A DNA stretch of 32,000 nt, taken from the NCBI GenBank assembly GCA_048886185.1, contig JBHLKY010000012.1, positions 67,981 through 99,980 of the forward strand, given 5' to 3'. This DNA comes from Candidatus Hermodarchaeota archaeon (GTDB lineage: Archaea > Asgardarchaeota > Heimdallarchaeia > Hodarchaeales > Hodarchaeaceae). Both the position numbers and the translations under genes were made by a program. Positions 1-8,530 of the stretch are shown here, piece by piece (positions within the stretch are counted from its first letter, which is position 1; each line of letters opens with the position of its first letter). The notes beneath the pieces were generated by a model. That model saw nothing but the letters and a program-made list of their open reading frames with translations, had not been told where the DNA came from and did no database searches.

Positions 1-3000
1 TCATCTGGTCGATGGCTTCAACAACGGGTTCTTTCCACGGTGAAGGTGGGAAGCGCTTCAGAATCTCACTATCCATTTCCAATTCACGAGTTTCTTTCAT
101 AACGCTAGCCATCCTAAATATTGTTTCAGCAACCAAGGATTTGCTATCCACACGATCAAAAACCGCGAGAGCTTGTCCGTACAAATTTTTAGTCCTAGTT
201 GGATCACCCTGATAGTATGCAGCAGTACCATCCTCTACCAGTTTCTGTGCACCAGAAATTGCTCTTATATATTCAAAGTAATCTATATAATTCGATTGCA
301 CGATTTTTAACGCTGTCTGGTAATCTGGCGCTTTCAAACGCGCAGTGAGGAGCATTTGTTTCTCTCTTCTCCGTTTTAACATTGAGAAAACAGCTACAAT
401 GCTTATCAATAGAAGTAATAATCCTACCAGTGCATGGAAAATGCTGAAACTTAGTAATGGAACACTCCAGAAGTTTTTTGGGTTGGTTCCCGCCCGGAAT
501 TCATCAACATTCATGACCCAATCCCCATCTGAATCAATCCATGCATCATTTGGATTAGTAGCATTAAAATCATTCTGGTATTCCCAGAGGTTAGTCATGC
601 CATCATTATCCGCATCACCACTAGCATCATTTGGATCAGAAGCGTTAAGCTCGTGGATGGCTTCGTACTGATTGACCATGCGGTCTTCATCCTTATCAAG
701 TAAAGCATCATTGAAATTTGTTGCATCGAGGCCGTGATAGTACTCATAGAGATTATTCATCAAGTCATTATCCTCATCGAGCCATGAGTCATTAATCTGG
801 GGATTAAGCCCGTGTTTGTATTCAAAGTCATCAGGCATACCATCTAAGTCACTATCACTCTGATTAGCCCAGCTCCCGTAGTGGAACTCCTGCAAGTTAG
901 TCAAACTATCTCCATCCTTGTCTCCAACTCCATCATCGTGCCATGGATCCAATCCCATCTGGTATTCATACAGAGCTGTAATATAATCGCCATCGCTATC
1001 AGTATCATTATCGGGAACAGCAGGATCAGTACCAGATAGGTGTTCCCATCCATCAGGCATTCCATCGCCATCAGAATCTCTTTCTAGGGGATTGCTTCTC
1101 CGGAAATACTCCAAGCTGTTCATGAGTCCATCATTATCCTGATCATTAAACTTATCCCAGAAGTCAACTGGATCAAGGTTGTATTCAGATTCCCAATTAT
1201 CAGGCATTCCATCCAGATCTCCATCTGGATTTGCATTAACGTTCCAGAGTTTGATATTACCATTATTATCACTCGAGACCAGAGTATTCCCATCAGGAGA
1301 GAAATCGATTGAAAAAACGGAAGCAGCAGGGATATAAATCGTTTTAATTGGTGATTTTTCTCCATTGGTCAAGTTCCAGAGCTGGATTACGCCTTCAATA
1401 TTCCCTGCAGCTACCAAATCTCCACCAGGTGAAATCGCTACTGAACTTATCGCGCCGCCTTGTCCTTCCAGCTTTGTAAAGTTCCCGTTTGTAACGTCCC
1501 AGATCCTTACAATGCTATCTGAGCCACCTGAAGCCAAGTGCTCCCCATTGGGCAAAAAAACTACAGATCTAATATATGCTTCGTGATCATTCAAGGTTCT
1601 TATTGGTTGCCTACTTGTGATATTCCAAATAATGATGGTAGAATCCCAGCTTCCTGAAGCCAATAACGAACCATCAGGAGATAATGCTAGGCTACTAACA
1701 TCATAACTATATCCTTCTAGGGATGGTAATAATTCTTTTTCATCAGTAACATTCCACAGCCTGATAGCATTTTCTGGGCGATAGCTTCCAGACATTACAA
1801 CCGTTCCATCAAGCGAAAAAATAACGGGCCATACGGCCATAGTATTAGCATGATGTGCAAGAGGAGAAGCTGGGGGGGGTAATTCTATTCCCTCGGTCAC
1901 ATTCCAGAGCCTAACAGTAGTGTCCCGGCTACCTGAAACTAACAGCTTACCATCAGGTGAAAAGGCAACTGAATGAACTGCAGCATCATGACCTGCCAAT
2001 TCAAACATTTTTTCATAAGTAGTAACATTCCAGAGGATAATGTTATTGTCATAGCTCCCTGAAGCAAGAGTCTGGCCATCAGGAGAAAAAACAGCTATAT
2101 AAACGGTACTCTGATGACCAATGAAGTTTCCTTCTTCAGCTCCTCTTGCCACGTTCCACAACCAGATAATACCATCATAACCGCACGCTGCTATCATCGA
2201 TCCATCAGGTGAGAAAGCTACGGCATCTACTACTCTGGTATGACCTGCGAAGACCTTAATTTGCTCTTTAGAGGTGACGTCCCACAACCTGACAGTTTCA
2301 TCCCAGCCACCTGTTGCTAGCAGCTTCCCATCAGGTGAAAAGTCGATTGCATCCAATCCGATTCCATTAACGTGTCCTTCCAGAGTTTCAGGATCCCTGC
2401 TCTCCAAATCATATAACCGCGTATCAGCTGCTCCTGCAAATGTACCCGTCCAGCAGCCAGTGGCAAAATGTTTCCCATCAGGTGAAAAGCGGATAGCTGT
2501 AGGTCGTTGAGAAAGATAGGTTTCACTATCTAGCTTCCATCTTGTCATATCCCAGAGCCTGAAATAATGATCATCCCCACATGACGCTAGTAACTTTCCA
2601 TTAGGGGAAAAGTGGACTGAGTTTATCGCTACACTTGCATGATGAGAAAAGGGTGTTTCAATTTCTGCCCAGTTATCTGTTCTCCAAATCTTTATGGTTC
2701 CAAAATCGCCACCTGAAGCAAGTAATTTACCATTAGGGGAAAAATCAACAGATAGTACATTCCCAAGAAAACCGGGTAGGATCTTTATAACATCTCCGTT
2801 TTTAATGTTCCAGATAACAATGTTTGTGTCCACGCCACATGAAACCAGCATCTTACCGTCAGGAGAAAACGTTAAATCTTTTATTGCACCAGTGTGCTTC
2901 TCTAATTTCCTTATTTCATTTCTCGTTTCCGTTTCCCACAATTTAACAACACGATCTTCCCCACCTGTTGCAATAATCTTTCCGTCAGGCGAGTAAGCAA

Positions 3001-3322
3001 CAGCAAATAGCTTGCCAGAGTGTGTGTTTATTCCATACACCGTTTTTCCATAACCTGGGTTGGGACGGTTTAAATCAGCTATTTTTTCATTCCCCGTATT
3101 TCCCGCTGTAAAGGTACCCGTGGGAATGGATAGTAAATCTTGCTTTCCTGTTCTTTCTACTCCCTGATGGTCACTTGCTTTACCTGCTTCTCGTTCGTAA
3201 TTGCGGTCTTGAAAATAATAAGGGAAATCTACACTAGTATGGTAGAATGAACCAGAGAAAATTGGTATCGAAATGGTTGAAACTAGAAGTAACAGCAAAT
3301 AAATTTGTTTTTGGTGAACCAC
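1..3322 (-). CDS. Receptor-like type I membrane protein: signal peptide, 14 WD40 repeats, 10 DxDxDG Ca-binding (TSP3-like) repeats, TM helix, cytoplasmic TPR-like region (C-terminus beyond the window edge)
   Basis: Hand translation of the minus strand gives an open frame from GTG at 3322 (MVHQKQIYLLLLLVSTISIPIFSG...) to the window edge with no stop, about 1107 codons. An in-frame TAG lies just upstream of the GTG. The ORF track omits it, presumably because its stop lies outside the window. Confidence 0.93.
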   Translation of the reverse strand, partial: MVHQKQIYLLLLLVSTISIPIFSGSFYHTSVDFPYYFQDRNYEREAGKASDHQGVERTGKQDLLSIPTGTFTAGNTGNEKIADLNRPNPGYGKTVYGINTHSGKLFAVAYSPDGKIIATGGEDRVVKLWETETRNEIRKLEKHTGAIKDLTFSPDGKMLVSCGVDTNIVIWNIKNGDVIKILPGFLGNVLSVDFSPNGKLLASGGDFGTIKIWRTDNWAEIETPFSHHASVAINSVHFSPNGKLLASCGDDHYFRLWDMTRWKLDSETYLSQRPTAIRFSPDGKHFATGCWTGTFAGAADTRLYDLESRDPETLEGHVNGIGLDAIDFSPDGKLLATGGWDETVRLWDVTSKEQIKVFAGHTRVVDAVAFSPDGSMIAACGYDGIIWLWNVARGAEEGNFIGHQSTVYIAVFSPDGQTLASGSYDNNIILWNVTTYEKMFELAGHDAAVHSVAFSPDGKLLVSGSRDTTVRLWNVTEGIELPPPASPLAHHANTMAVWPVIFSLDGTVVMSGSYRPENAIRLWNVTDEKELLPSLEGYSYDVSSLALSPDGSLLASGSWDSTIIIWNITSRQPIRTLNDHEAYIRSVVFLPNGEHLASGGSDSIVRIWDVTNGNFTKLEGQGGAISSVAISPGGDLVAAGNIEGVIQLWNLTNGEKSPIKTIYIPAASVFSIDFSPDGNTLVSSDNNGNIKLWNVNANPDGDLDGMPDNWESEYNLDPVDFWDKFNDQDNDGLMNSLEYFRRSNPLERDSDGDGMPDGWEHLSGTDPAVPDNDTDSDGDYITALYEYQMGLDPWHDDGVGDKDGDSLTNLQEFHYGSWANQSDSDLDGMPDDFEYKHGLNPQINDSWLDEDNDLMNNLYEYYHGLDATNFNDALLDKDEDRMVNQYEAIHELNASDPNDASGDADNDGMTNLWEYQNDFNATNPNDAWIDSDGDWVMNVDEFRAGTNPKNFWSVPLLSFSIFHALVGLLLLLISIVAVFSMLKRRREKQMLLTARLKAPDYQTALKIVQSNYIDYFEYIRAISGAQKLVEDGTAAYYQGDPTRTKNLYGQALAVFDRVDSKSLVAETIFRMASVMKETRELEMDSEILKRFPPSPWKEPVVEAIDQM
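465..1231 (-). repeat. 10 tandem acidic DxDxDG-hxx-xxE calcium-binding repeats (prokaryotic TSP3-like)
   Basis: e.g. DGDLDGMPDNWE, DSDGDGMPDGWE, DSDLDGMPDDFE, DADNDGMTNLWE, DSDGDWVMNVDE; period about 24-27 aa. Confidence 0.88.
1241..3022 (-). repeat. 14 tandem WD40 repeats (probably two 7-bladed propellers)
   Basis: Repeats such as HSGKLFAVAYSPDGKIIATGGEDRVVKLWE, HDAAVHSVAFSPDGKLLVSGSRDTTVRLWN and HEAYIRSVVFLPNGEHLASGGSDSIVRIWD; 14 counted by hand. Confidence 0.92.
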
Positions 3323-3454
3323 TTTTTTCTATCTTCCTGAACAGCTGTTGTCTTGATAATGATGAAAAAACCTGGTCAAACAGGTATTCTAAGAAAAAGG
3401 AGGGGATCTTGCGAGCACCTCACTGTAGCGGTAACCATTGACCACGCTGGAGTG

Positions 3455-5320
3455 CTAGTCACGTTTCCTCCTGCGACTTGTTAAGACGATAGGCACTACC
3501 AATACTGCTGGGGCCAGGAATGTAAATCCAGGTACACCTGGAGGAGGAGTACTCGTAGTAGCTGTAGTTGTAGTTGTCGTTGTCGAAGTATCGTCACGGG
3601 TAGATGGGCACGGCCAGGTGATATCCAAGTCGGGATCGTTTCCTCGAAAATAAGGCCATGTGTACCGTTGAATCCCGTCCGGTGACCAGTTCAAATAAAA
3701 GTCCGCCCCGAAATTAGCATTTGAGGTTGCTTTGATAGTATAAGAAAACGTTACCTTTTCTCCCGTGGCTATCTCTAGCCCTGGGCTATATACAATATAA
3801 TTCTTGATTGTATTTGGAGCGCTCAGTATCCATTTATCGATAGTGCTACCCGTCCAGTTTAGCTCAGCAATTTTTCCGTTAATCTTGAAATCCTCCACAG
3901 TCAGGTGATCGAGCGAATCAACACCTGCACTAAATACACAAATATGAAAAAAAGGGCTAGGATGGTTAGGGACAACTGCGTTACCCAGTCCGAAGTATGC
4001 CTTCTCTTCAACTGAATCTGCCCAGTAGAGCAAGTGGTTTTCGCTACCTAGCTGGAAAACCTTTGATTGCCCGTTAACGGTATGGTTCCTGATCCACCAT
4101 GATGGATAATCCATTTCTAAAATAGCATAAACGTGAATTTCAGCTGTACCATCAATTATGTTCGCATCATACTTGCGCGTACTGCTACCTGCCCACTTCA
4201 CGTTGAAAATGTCTGTTTGATCACCATCACCGTTCAAGTCCATGCCTAACTCACTCTCGTTAAGCGCTCCCGCTCCGAGGGGTAAATCCATTAGATATAA
4301 GAGATCTTCCTGTGATGATTGCACTGTACCTGCCGGTATCGGGAGACCGTAGTTGATGAAAGTCCCATTGAAGTTAAGCTCACCTGTTTTTCCTTCCGTG
4401 TAAGAATAATCAAGTGTCCAAAGAAATGGTAGGTCCAGGGCCTGAGTCGGTACTGGTATTTCGATAAGTTTCCAGTTTTTTCTTGCGTTACCATCGGGTG
4501 ACCAGTTCATGAACAGACCTAGGTACGCTGTCGTAGCTTCGCTAGCCACGAGGATAAATGATAGACTTACATTTTTTCCTGCATCCAGCTCGAATGCTGG
4601 GCTTGAAATGATATACCGAGTCGTGGTTGACCAGTTTCCTTCCGAGTAGACTTCCCTCGTTCCAGAATAGTTCTTTTCCACGAGATTATTGTCGATCCTC
4701 ATGTCAACCACGCTTATACTCGAAGTGATCTCCAGTTCCAGGTGTGGACAAGAATGTGTCTTTATAACCGCTCCAAATCCGAAACGGGCTGTATTGTTGT
4801 CTGCTCCGTAAAGCACATGTTTCTGATTGCCGAGCTGGAATAGTTTTGACATGCCATTGATATCGAAGGTCTGATTGCTCCACGGGTTATCAATTGGTCC
4901 TTCCCACAGGGAATATGCGCGTATATCCTCAGCACTTCCGTTTATAACCGCATCCCATGGGCGGTTAGCGTTGTGAAGCCATGTTACGTTATATATTGTC
5001 GTCTTAGCCCCATCCCCATTCAGATCGTGATCCATGATGGTTTCATTTAACATTCCCGTCCCGTTATCAAGCACCAGTTCGTAATAGAGGTTTTCCCACG
5101 TGATTGACACATTACCTGATACTGCCGCAGCGCTACCGTTGTTCTTAATCCTTGTACCTATATAGTGCAAACCTGGTTGTATTTCCCACGGGTCGAGATC
5201 TTCTACCAGCATGAAATCAGGTTCATCATCCAGTGTTGATAGTCGTGAGCTGGAAATAACGCTCACCGAGCTGAATAAAATGGATGTTATGAGTAAAGAC
5301 AGTAATAATATCCTTTTCAC
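3455..5320 (-). CDS. Secreted cell-surface glycoprotein with two copies of an unknown domain, a Thr-rich linker and a PGF-CTERM sorting signal
   Basis: N-terminal signal peptide (MKRILLLSLLITSILFSSVS), many N-x-S/T sequons, and C-terminal TSTTTTTTTATTSTPPPGVPGFTFLAPAVLVVPIVLTSRRRKRD (PGF, hydrophobic helix, basic tail). Confidence 0.88.
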   Translation of the reverse strand: MKRILLLSLLITSILFSSVSVISSSRLSTLDDEPDFMLVEDLDPWEIQPGLHYIGTRIKNNGSAAAVSGNVSITWENLYYELVLDNGTGMLNETIMDHDLNGDGAKTTIYNVTWLHNANRPWDAVINGSAEDIRAYSLWEGPIDNPWSNQTFDINGMSKLFQLGNQKHVLYGADNNTARFGFGAVIKTHSCPHLELEITSSISVVDMRIDNNLVEKNYSGTREVYSEGNWSTTTRYIISSPAFELDAGKNVSLSFILVASEATTAYLGLFMNWSPDGNARKNWKLIEIPVPTQALDLPFLWTLDYSYTEGKTGELNFNGTFINYGLPIPAGTVQSSQEDLLYLMDLPLGAGALNESELGMDLNGDGDQTDIFNVKWAGSSTRKYDANIIDGTAEIHVYAILEMDYPSWWIRNHTVNGQSKVFQLGSENHLLYWADSVEEKAYFGLGNAVVPNHPSPFFHICVFSAGVDSLDHLTVEDFKINGKIAELNWTGSTIDKWILSAPNTIKNYIVYSPGLEIATGEKVTFSYTIKATSNANFGADFYLNWSPDGIQRYTWPYFRGNDPDLDITWPCPSTRDDTSTTTTTTTATTSTPPPGVPGFTFLAPAVLVVPIVLTSRRRKRD

Positions 5321-5579
5321 CAGTTGTTCACCTCTAAAGATGATGATAAAAAGATTTGAACTCCACTCGCTATCTAATTATTGTTAATTATTATGGGAGT
5401 ACCAGACTTGTATATTAGTTTTTCTTGTCTAGAAAATATTGTCATTCACATTCAGACTCTCACATTTACCTTCCAATTGTTGAAATAGCATAAGTAGAAA
5501 ATTTTTACTTTCCATGACTGCCGAATTTTAACGGAACGGGCTTCCAAGTTTAACTTTGAGGCTAGATTTTTAAGTGACT

Positions 5580-5613
5580 AGAGTAAAGATTCCAGAATTC
5601 GAATCTTTACTCT
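5580..5613. other. 13-bp perfect inverted repeat (hairpin or operator)
   Basis: AGAGTAAAGATTC (5580-5592), 8-nt loop, GAATCTTTACTCT (5601-5613). Function unknown. Confidence 0.6.
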
Positions 5614-5659
5614 CCTGTAAGAAAGTTTCAACAATTTAGAAGAAAAGGAAGCTGAATTT

Positions 5660-6403
5660 CTAAACCTGAATAGAAAATTCATGTGCCCTTCCTCTTGACC
5701 CAACACGACGTAAGATTCCTAATCTACATAGACTATAAGTCAAACATCCTGAAATTCGACGGATCCTTCGTAAACCTCCTTGAATTTCTAATCCTGATGC
5801 GATATCACGATTAGTAAAGGTATCTGGTAATCCTTTAGGCAAAATGTGGATGAAATCCTTTTTTGAGAGGAATTTTTTTGTTTTATGAACACTTAGTAGA
5901 TCTCTCTGGACAATTTTGTATCTCCGCCTCATACTACTCCTCCAAAAACCAATACTTTCTTTTAGAACATGTTCTTTGATAAATAAGATGTCAAAATCCA
6001 TTCTTTGAGGGATAAATTTCAATTTAAAAAAAACCAATTTTTCAAATAAAGTATAAATATCACCCCCTTTGTTGTAATGGCTGATTCCAATAGTCTTTCC
6101 TTGAGTCATTCGAGTCACTTTTTGATTTACTACAATAGGATGTACAATAACTATTTTCAAATCTGTTAATTGGATTAGTTGCTTAATCTTTTCAGAGAAC
6201 CTACCTCCAAAATTTGACCGATGGATTTCAAAAGCTGTTCTATGTTCCTCATTAAGAATATCTACTCGGTATTTTCGTCCATTGGCATGTAAAACAGTTT
6301 CCTCCGTACCTCCTACCTTCATCAAATACAGATTCTTCAGCTTCTGATGCAACCATGTTTGATTGCTTTGAAAATCCACTGCAGTACAATTTACATTTTT
6401 CAC
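5660..6403 (-). CDS. Putative PD-(D/E)xK-family nuclease-like protein with a C-terminal winged-helix-like region
   Basis: LHQKLKNLY...ETVLHANGRKYRVDIL...AFEIHRSNF fits the E..D..ExQ/K restriction-like pattern; C-terminal LPDTFTNRDIASGL...LGILRRVGSRGRAHEF. The exact start is uncertain. Confidence 0.6.
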   Translation of the reverse strand: MKNVNCTAVDFQSNQTWLHQKLKNLYLMKVGGTEETVLHANGRKYRVDILNEEHRTAFEIHRSNFGGRFSEKIKQLIQLTDLKIVIVHPIVVNQKVTRMTQGKTIGISHYNKGGDIYTLFEKLVFFKLKFIPQRMDFDILFIKEHVLKESIGFWRSSMRRRYKIVQRDLLSVHKTKKFLSKKDFIHILPKGLPDTFTNRDIASGLEIQGGLRRIRRISGCLTYSLCRLGILRRVGSRGRAHEFSIQV

Positions 6404-6706
6404 TGATATTCACTTGGATTCGAGAGGGAGAGTGTAAAAACATCCATGTCATGGTAATTATGTTAATTAAGTTGATGTGTAAGAATGGGTTTAAATGGCG
6501 TCAGGAACCAAAATTCTATAGATTTTTCCTTTTATGTATCTCCTTTTTCAAGCTAAGAAGAAATGGCTATTCCCTTGTGGTTGATATCTTTGTCTTATCA
6601 ATAGCTTTCGTTTCGATAAGGAAGCTTAAGAAGAGGGAATAGGTAAAATTTTGTTTCATACTTTAGAAAGAGGAGCAGGGGATGTGTATTGTTATTACTT
6701 TCAATT

Positions 6707-8530
6707 TTAAACAATCTGACCATCTTTCATATTTACAATCCGGTCTGCAAATTTTGCCATCTCTTCATCATGGGTAACAATAACAAACGCGATACCCTTC
6801 TCATCGCAAAGCTTTCGGAAGTTTGACAAGACTTGCTTGCCAGTTTCACTATCTAAATCTCCTGTAGGTTCGTCTGCAAAAACAATTAATGGATTATTGA
6901 TACATGCTCGAGCTATAATAAGACGCTGTAATTGTCCTCCAGATAGTTTTGTTGGATCCTGCTTTGAATATTCTACCAATCCAAGACTCTCTAATAATTC
7001 GTGTACTCGGTTATCTAGATGCTTTATATTCCCAGCCATTATTGCTGGGAGGGCTACATTTTCATACACTGTAAGCCGAGGATCTAGAATGTACTGTTGA
7101 AAAACAAAACCAATCTTGTGTCTTCGAAAATCCGAGAGTTTATTGTCATTCATCAATGAAATGTCAATTCCCTCGAGAAAGACTTTTCCTCGGTCTGGGA
7201 CATCTAAACCAGCCATAATATTTATGAGAGTCGTTTTTCCTGATCCTGATGGTCCTAATACTGCAACAAATTCTCCCTGCTGAATCCTCAGATTCGCACC
7301 TCTGAGTGCGTATACTGTGCTGTTAGAGGGGCGATAAGTTTTATGGAGACCAATTGCTTCTACTATGGTTCCTTTTTCATGCTTATGGATTACATTATCT
7401 TGCGATGATTCTAGTGCTACCCCTCCAGATTCAGGAGATAAAAAAGCAATATCTATGAATCGATCAGCCCAGATTTTTACTTCTCTTAATTGAATTGGTA
7501 ATTCTATTATTGAAGAATGAAAATCTTCAAGATTAACTTGGATTTTACCTTGTTGAACATCTTTTTGGAGATTCTGGATTGATATCTTAAGATCTTTTAA
7601 GGACTTGATATTCTCCTCGAATCCAGTTTTTAACTCAGAAATGTTTTTCCCATTATTCACACGGACTCTAATTTCCTTCCCGAATCCATTCAGTAATTCT
7701 ATCTCTTCATAAGCAGATGATTGAATCTCGTTAATCCTTGTGATTTGGCGAATGATTGTTCTGAGTGCATCAATACCTCCTACTAAATCTCCCACAAGAA
7801 TTCCGAATGCTTCAGCTGCTAGACCGGGGTCAGATATTGAAATGACATTTGATCCTGCAAAGGAATCTTTAACATTATTCACTCGTTTGGTAATGTCATT
7901 TAATAATTGACTCAAAGATCTTAAGAAAGAGTGCCCAAAGTTAAGGATTAACAGTTCGTCAAAAGCATGAAGTGCCGAAGAATCATTCCTTTTATCATAT
8001 TCTCGATGAAATGTGCCATCATGTACAACTATTCGATCCTTTCCTTCTTGGTTGAATGCCCAAAAAATCATCCAAGAACGATCTACTATATAATCAATGG
8101 CTTTTTCGATAAAATGAACCATTTTGAGATTTTCTTGAATAATTACCTTTTCAGGATTTGAAGGACAATTGGGTGTTGTTTTTAGAAATTTTGCTAAAAT
8201 TTGCTGAGCTTCACGTTCAGAACGATTACATTTAGTTCGGGAGTGTAAAAGCTTTAAAGCTCTTTCAGCATACTCTTGGTACAGAGAATGAATAGTTTCT
8301 TCAATGTCGACTCTTGTTTCAAATTCAATGCAATATTCAGCTTTACAATGACCGTTTGCTAGCATGAAAGTATTAAACTCACCAGTTTTTGGTTTTGATT
8401 TCCCAATACAGAGTTTTTTTTCCAAAACTTTTTGCAATTTCCTCTCTAGTTTATCATTTCCTTGTTGATCTAATTTATCAATAAGAAATCCAGTTATTAA
8501 TTCATTATTCAAATTATTAATAATCCTCAT
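6707..8530 (-). CDS. LolD/MacB-family ABC ATPase fused to a ~385-aa unknown N-terminal region
   Basis: C-terminal ~220 aa carry Walker A GPSGSGKT, Q-loop GFVFQ, signature LSGGQLQR, Walker [12 protein letters not shown] and H-loop VTHD. Its ATG overlaps the TGA of the upstream ATPase at 8530. Confidence 0.9.
   Translation of the reverse strand: MRIINNLNNELITGFLIDKLDQQGNDKLERKLQKVLEKKLCIGKSKPKTGEFNTFMLANGHCKAEYCIEFETRVDIEETIHSLYQEYAERALKLLHSRTKCNRSEREAQQILAKFLKTTPNCPSNPEKVIIQENLKMVHFIEKAIDYIVDRSWMIFWAFNQEGKDRIVVHDGTFHREYDKRNDSSALHAFDELLILNFGHSFLRSLSQLLNDITKRVNNVKDSFAGSNVISISDPGLAAEAFGILVGDLVGGIDALRTIIRQITRINEIQSSAYEEIELLNGFGKEIRVRVNNGKNISELKTGFEENIKSLKDLKISIQNLQKDVQQGKIQVNLEDFHSSIIELPIQLREVKIWADRFIDIAFLSPESGGVALESSQDNVIHKHEKGTIVEAIGLHKTYRPSNSTVYALRGANLRIQQGEFVAVLGPSGSGKTTLINIMAGLDVPDRGKVFLEGIDISLMNDNKLSDFRRHKIGFVFQQYILDPRLTVYENVALPAIMAGNIKHLDNRVHELLESLGLVEYSKQDPTKLSGGQLQRLIIARACINNPLIVFADEPTGDLDSETGKQVLSNFRKLCDEKGIAFVIVTHDEEMAKFADRIVNMKDGQIV

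Noticed and set aside
1872-1879. G8 homopolymer as a phase-variation or frameshift site
   Set aside because: The frame stays open (encodes PPP) and WD40 periodicity continues on both sides, so there is no evidence of slippage.
12-2996. Track ORFs 12..212, 345..671, 1120..1365, 1365..1586, 2274..2510, 2317..2526 and 2694..2996
   Set aside because: Antisense or off-frame shadows of the WD40 gene; their apparent repetitiveness mirrors its repeats.
3548-3589. GTA/GTT/GTC trinucleotide-like tract as a DNA repeat element
   Set aside because: It simply encodes the Thr-rich linker of the PGF-CTERM protein.
5471-5486. TTCCAATTGTTGAAAT as a CRISPR repeat end
   Set aside because: Single direct copy, no spacers, no cas genes.
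5580-5613. Hairpin as a SECIS element
   Set aside because: No AUGA/GA kink-turn core, and no in-frame UGA at a Cys-equivalent position in the neighbouring genes.
6252-6642. Track ORFs 6252..6452 and 6355..6642
   Set aside because: They overlap the nuclease-like gene, have low-complexity AT-driven composition and show no motifs.
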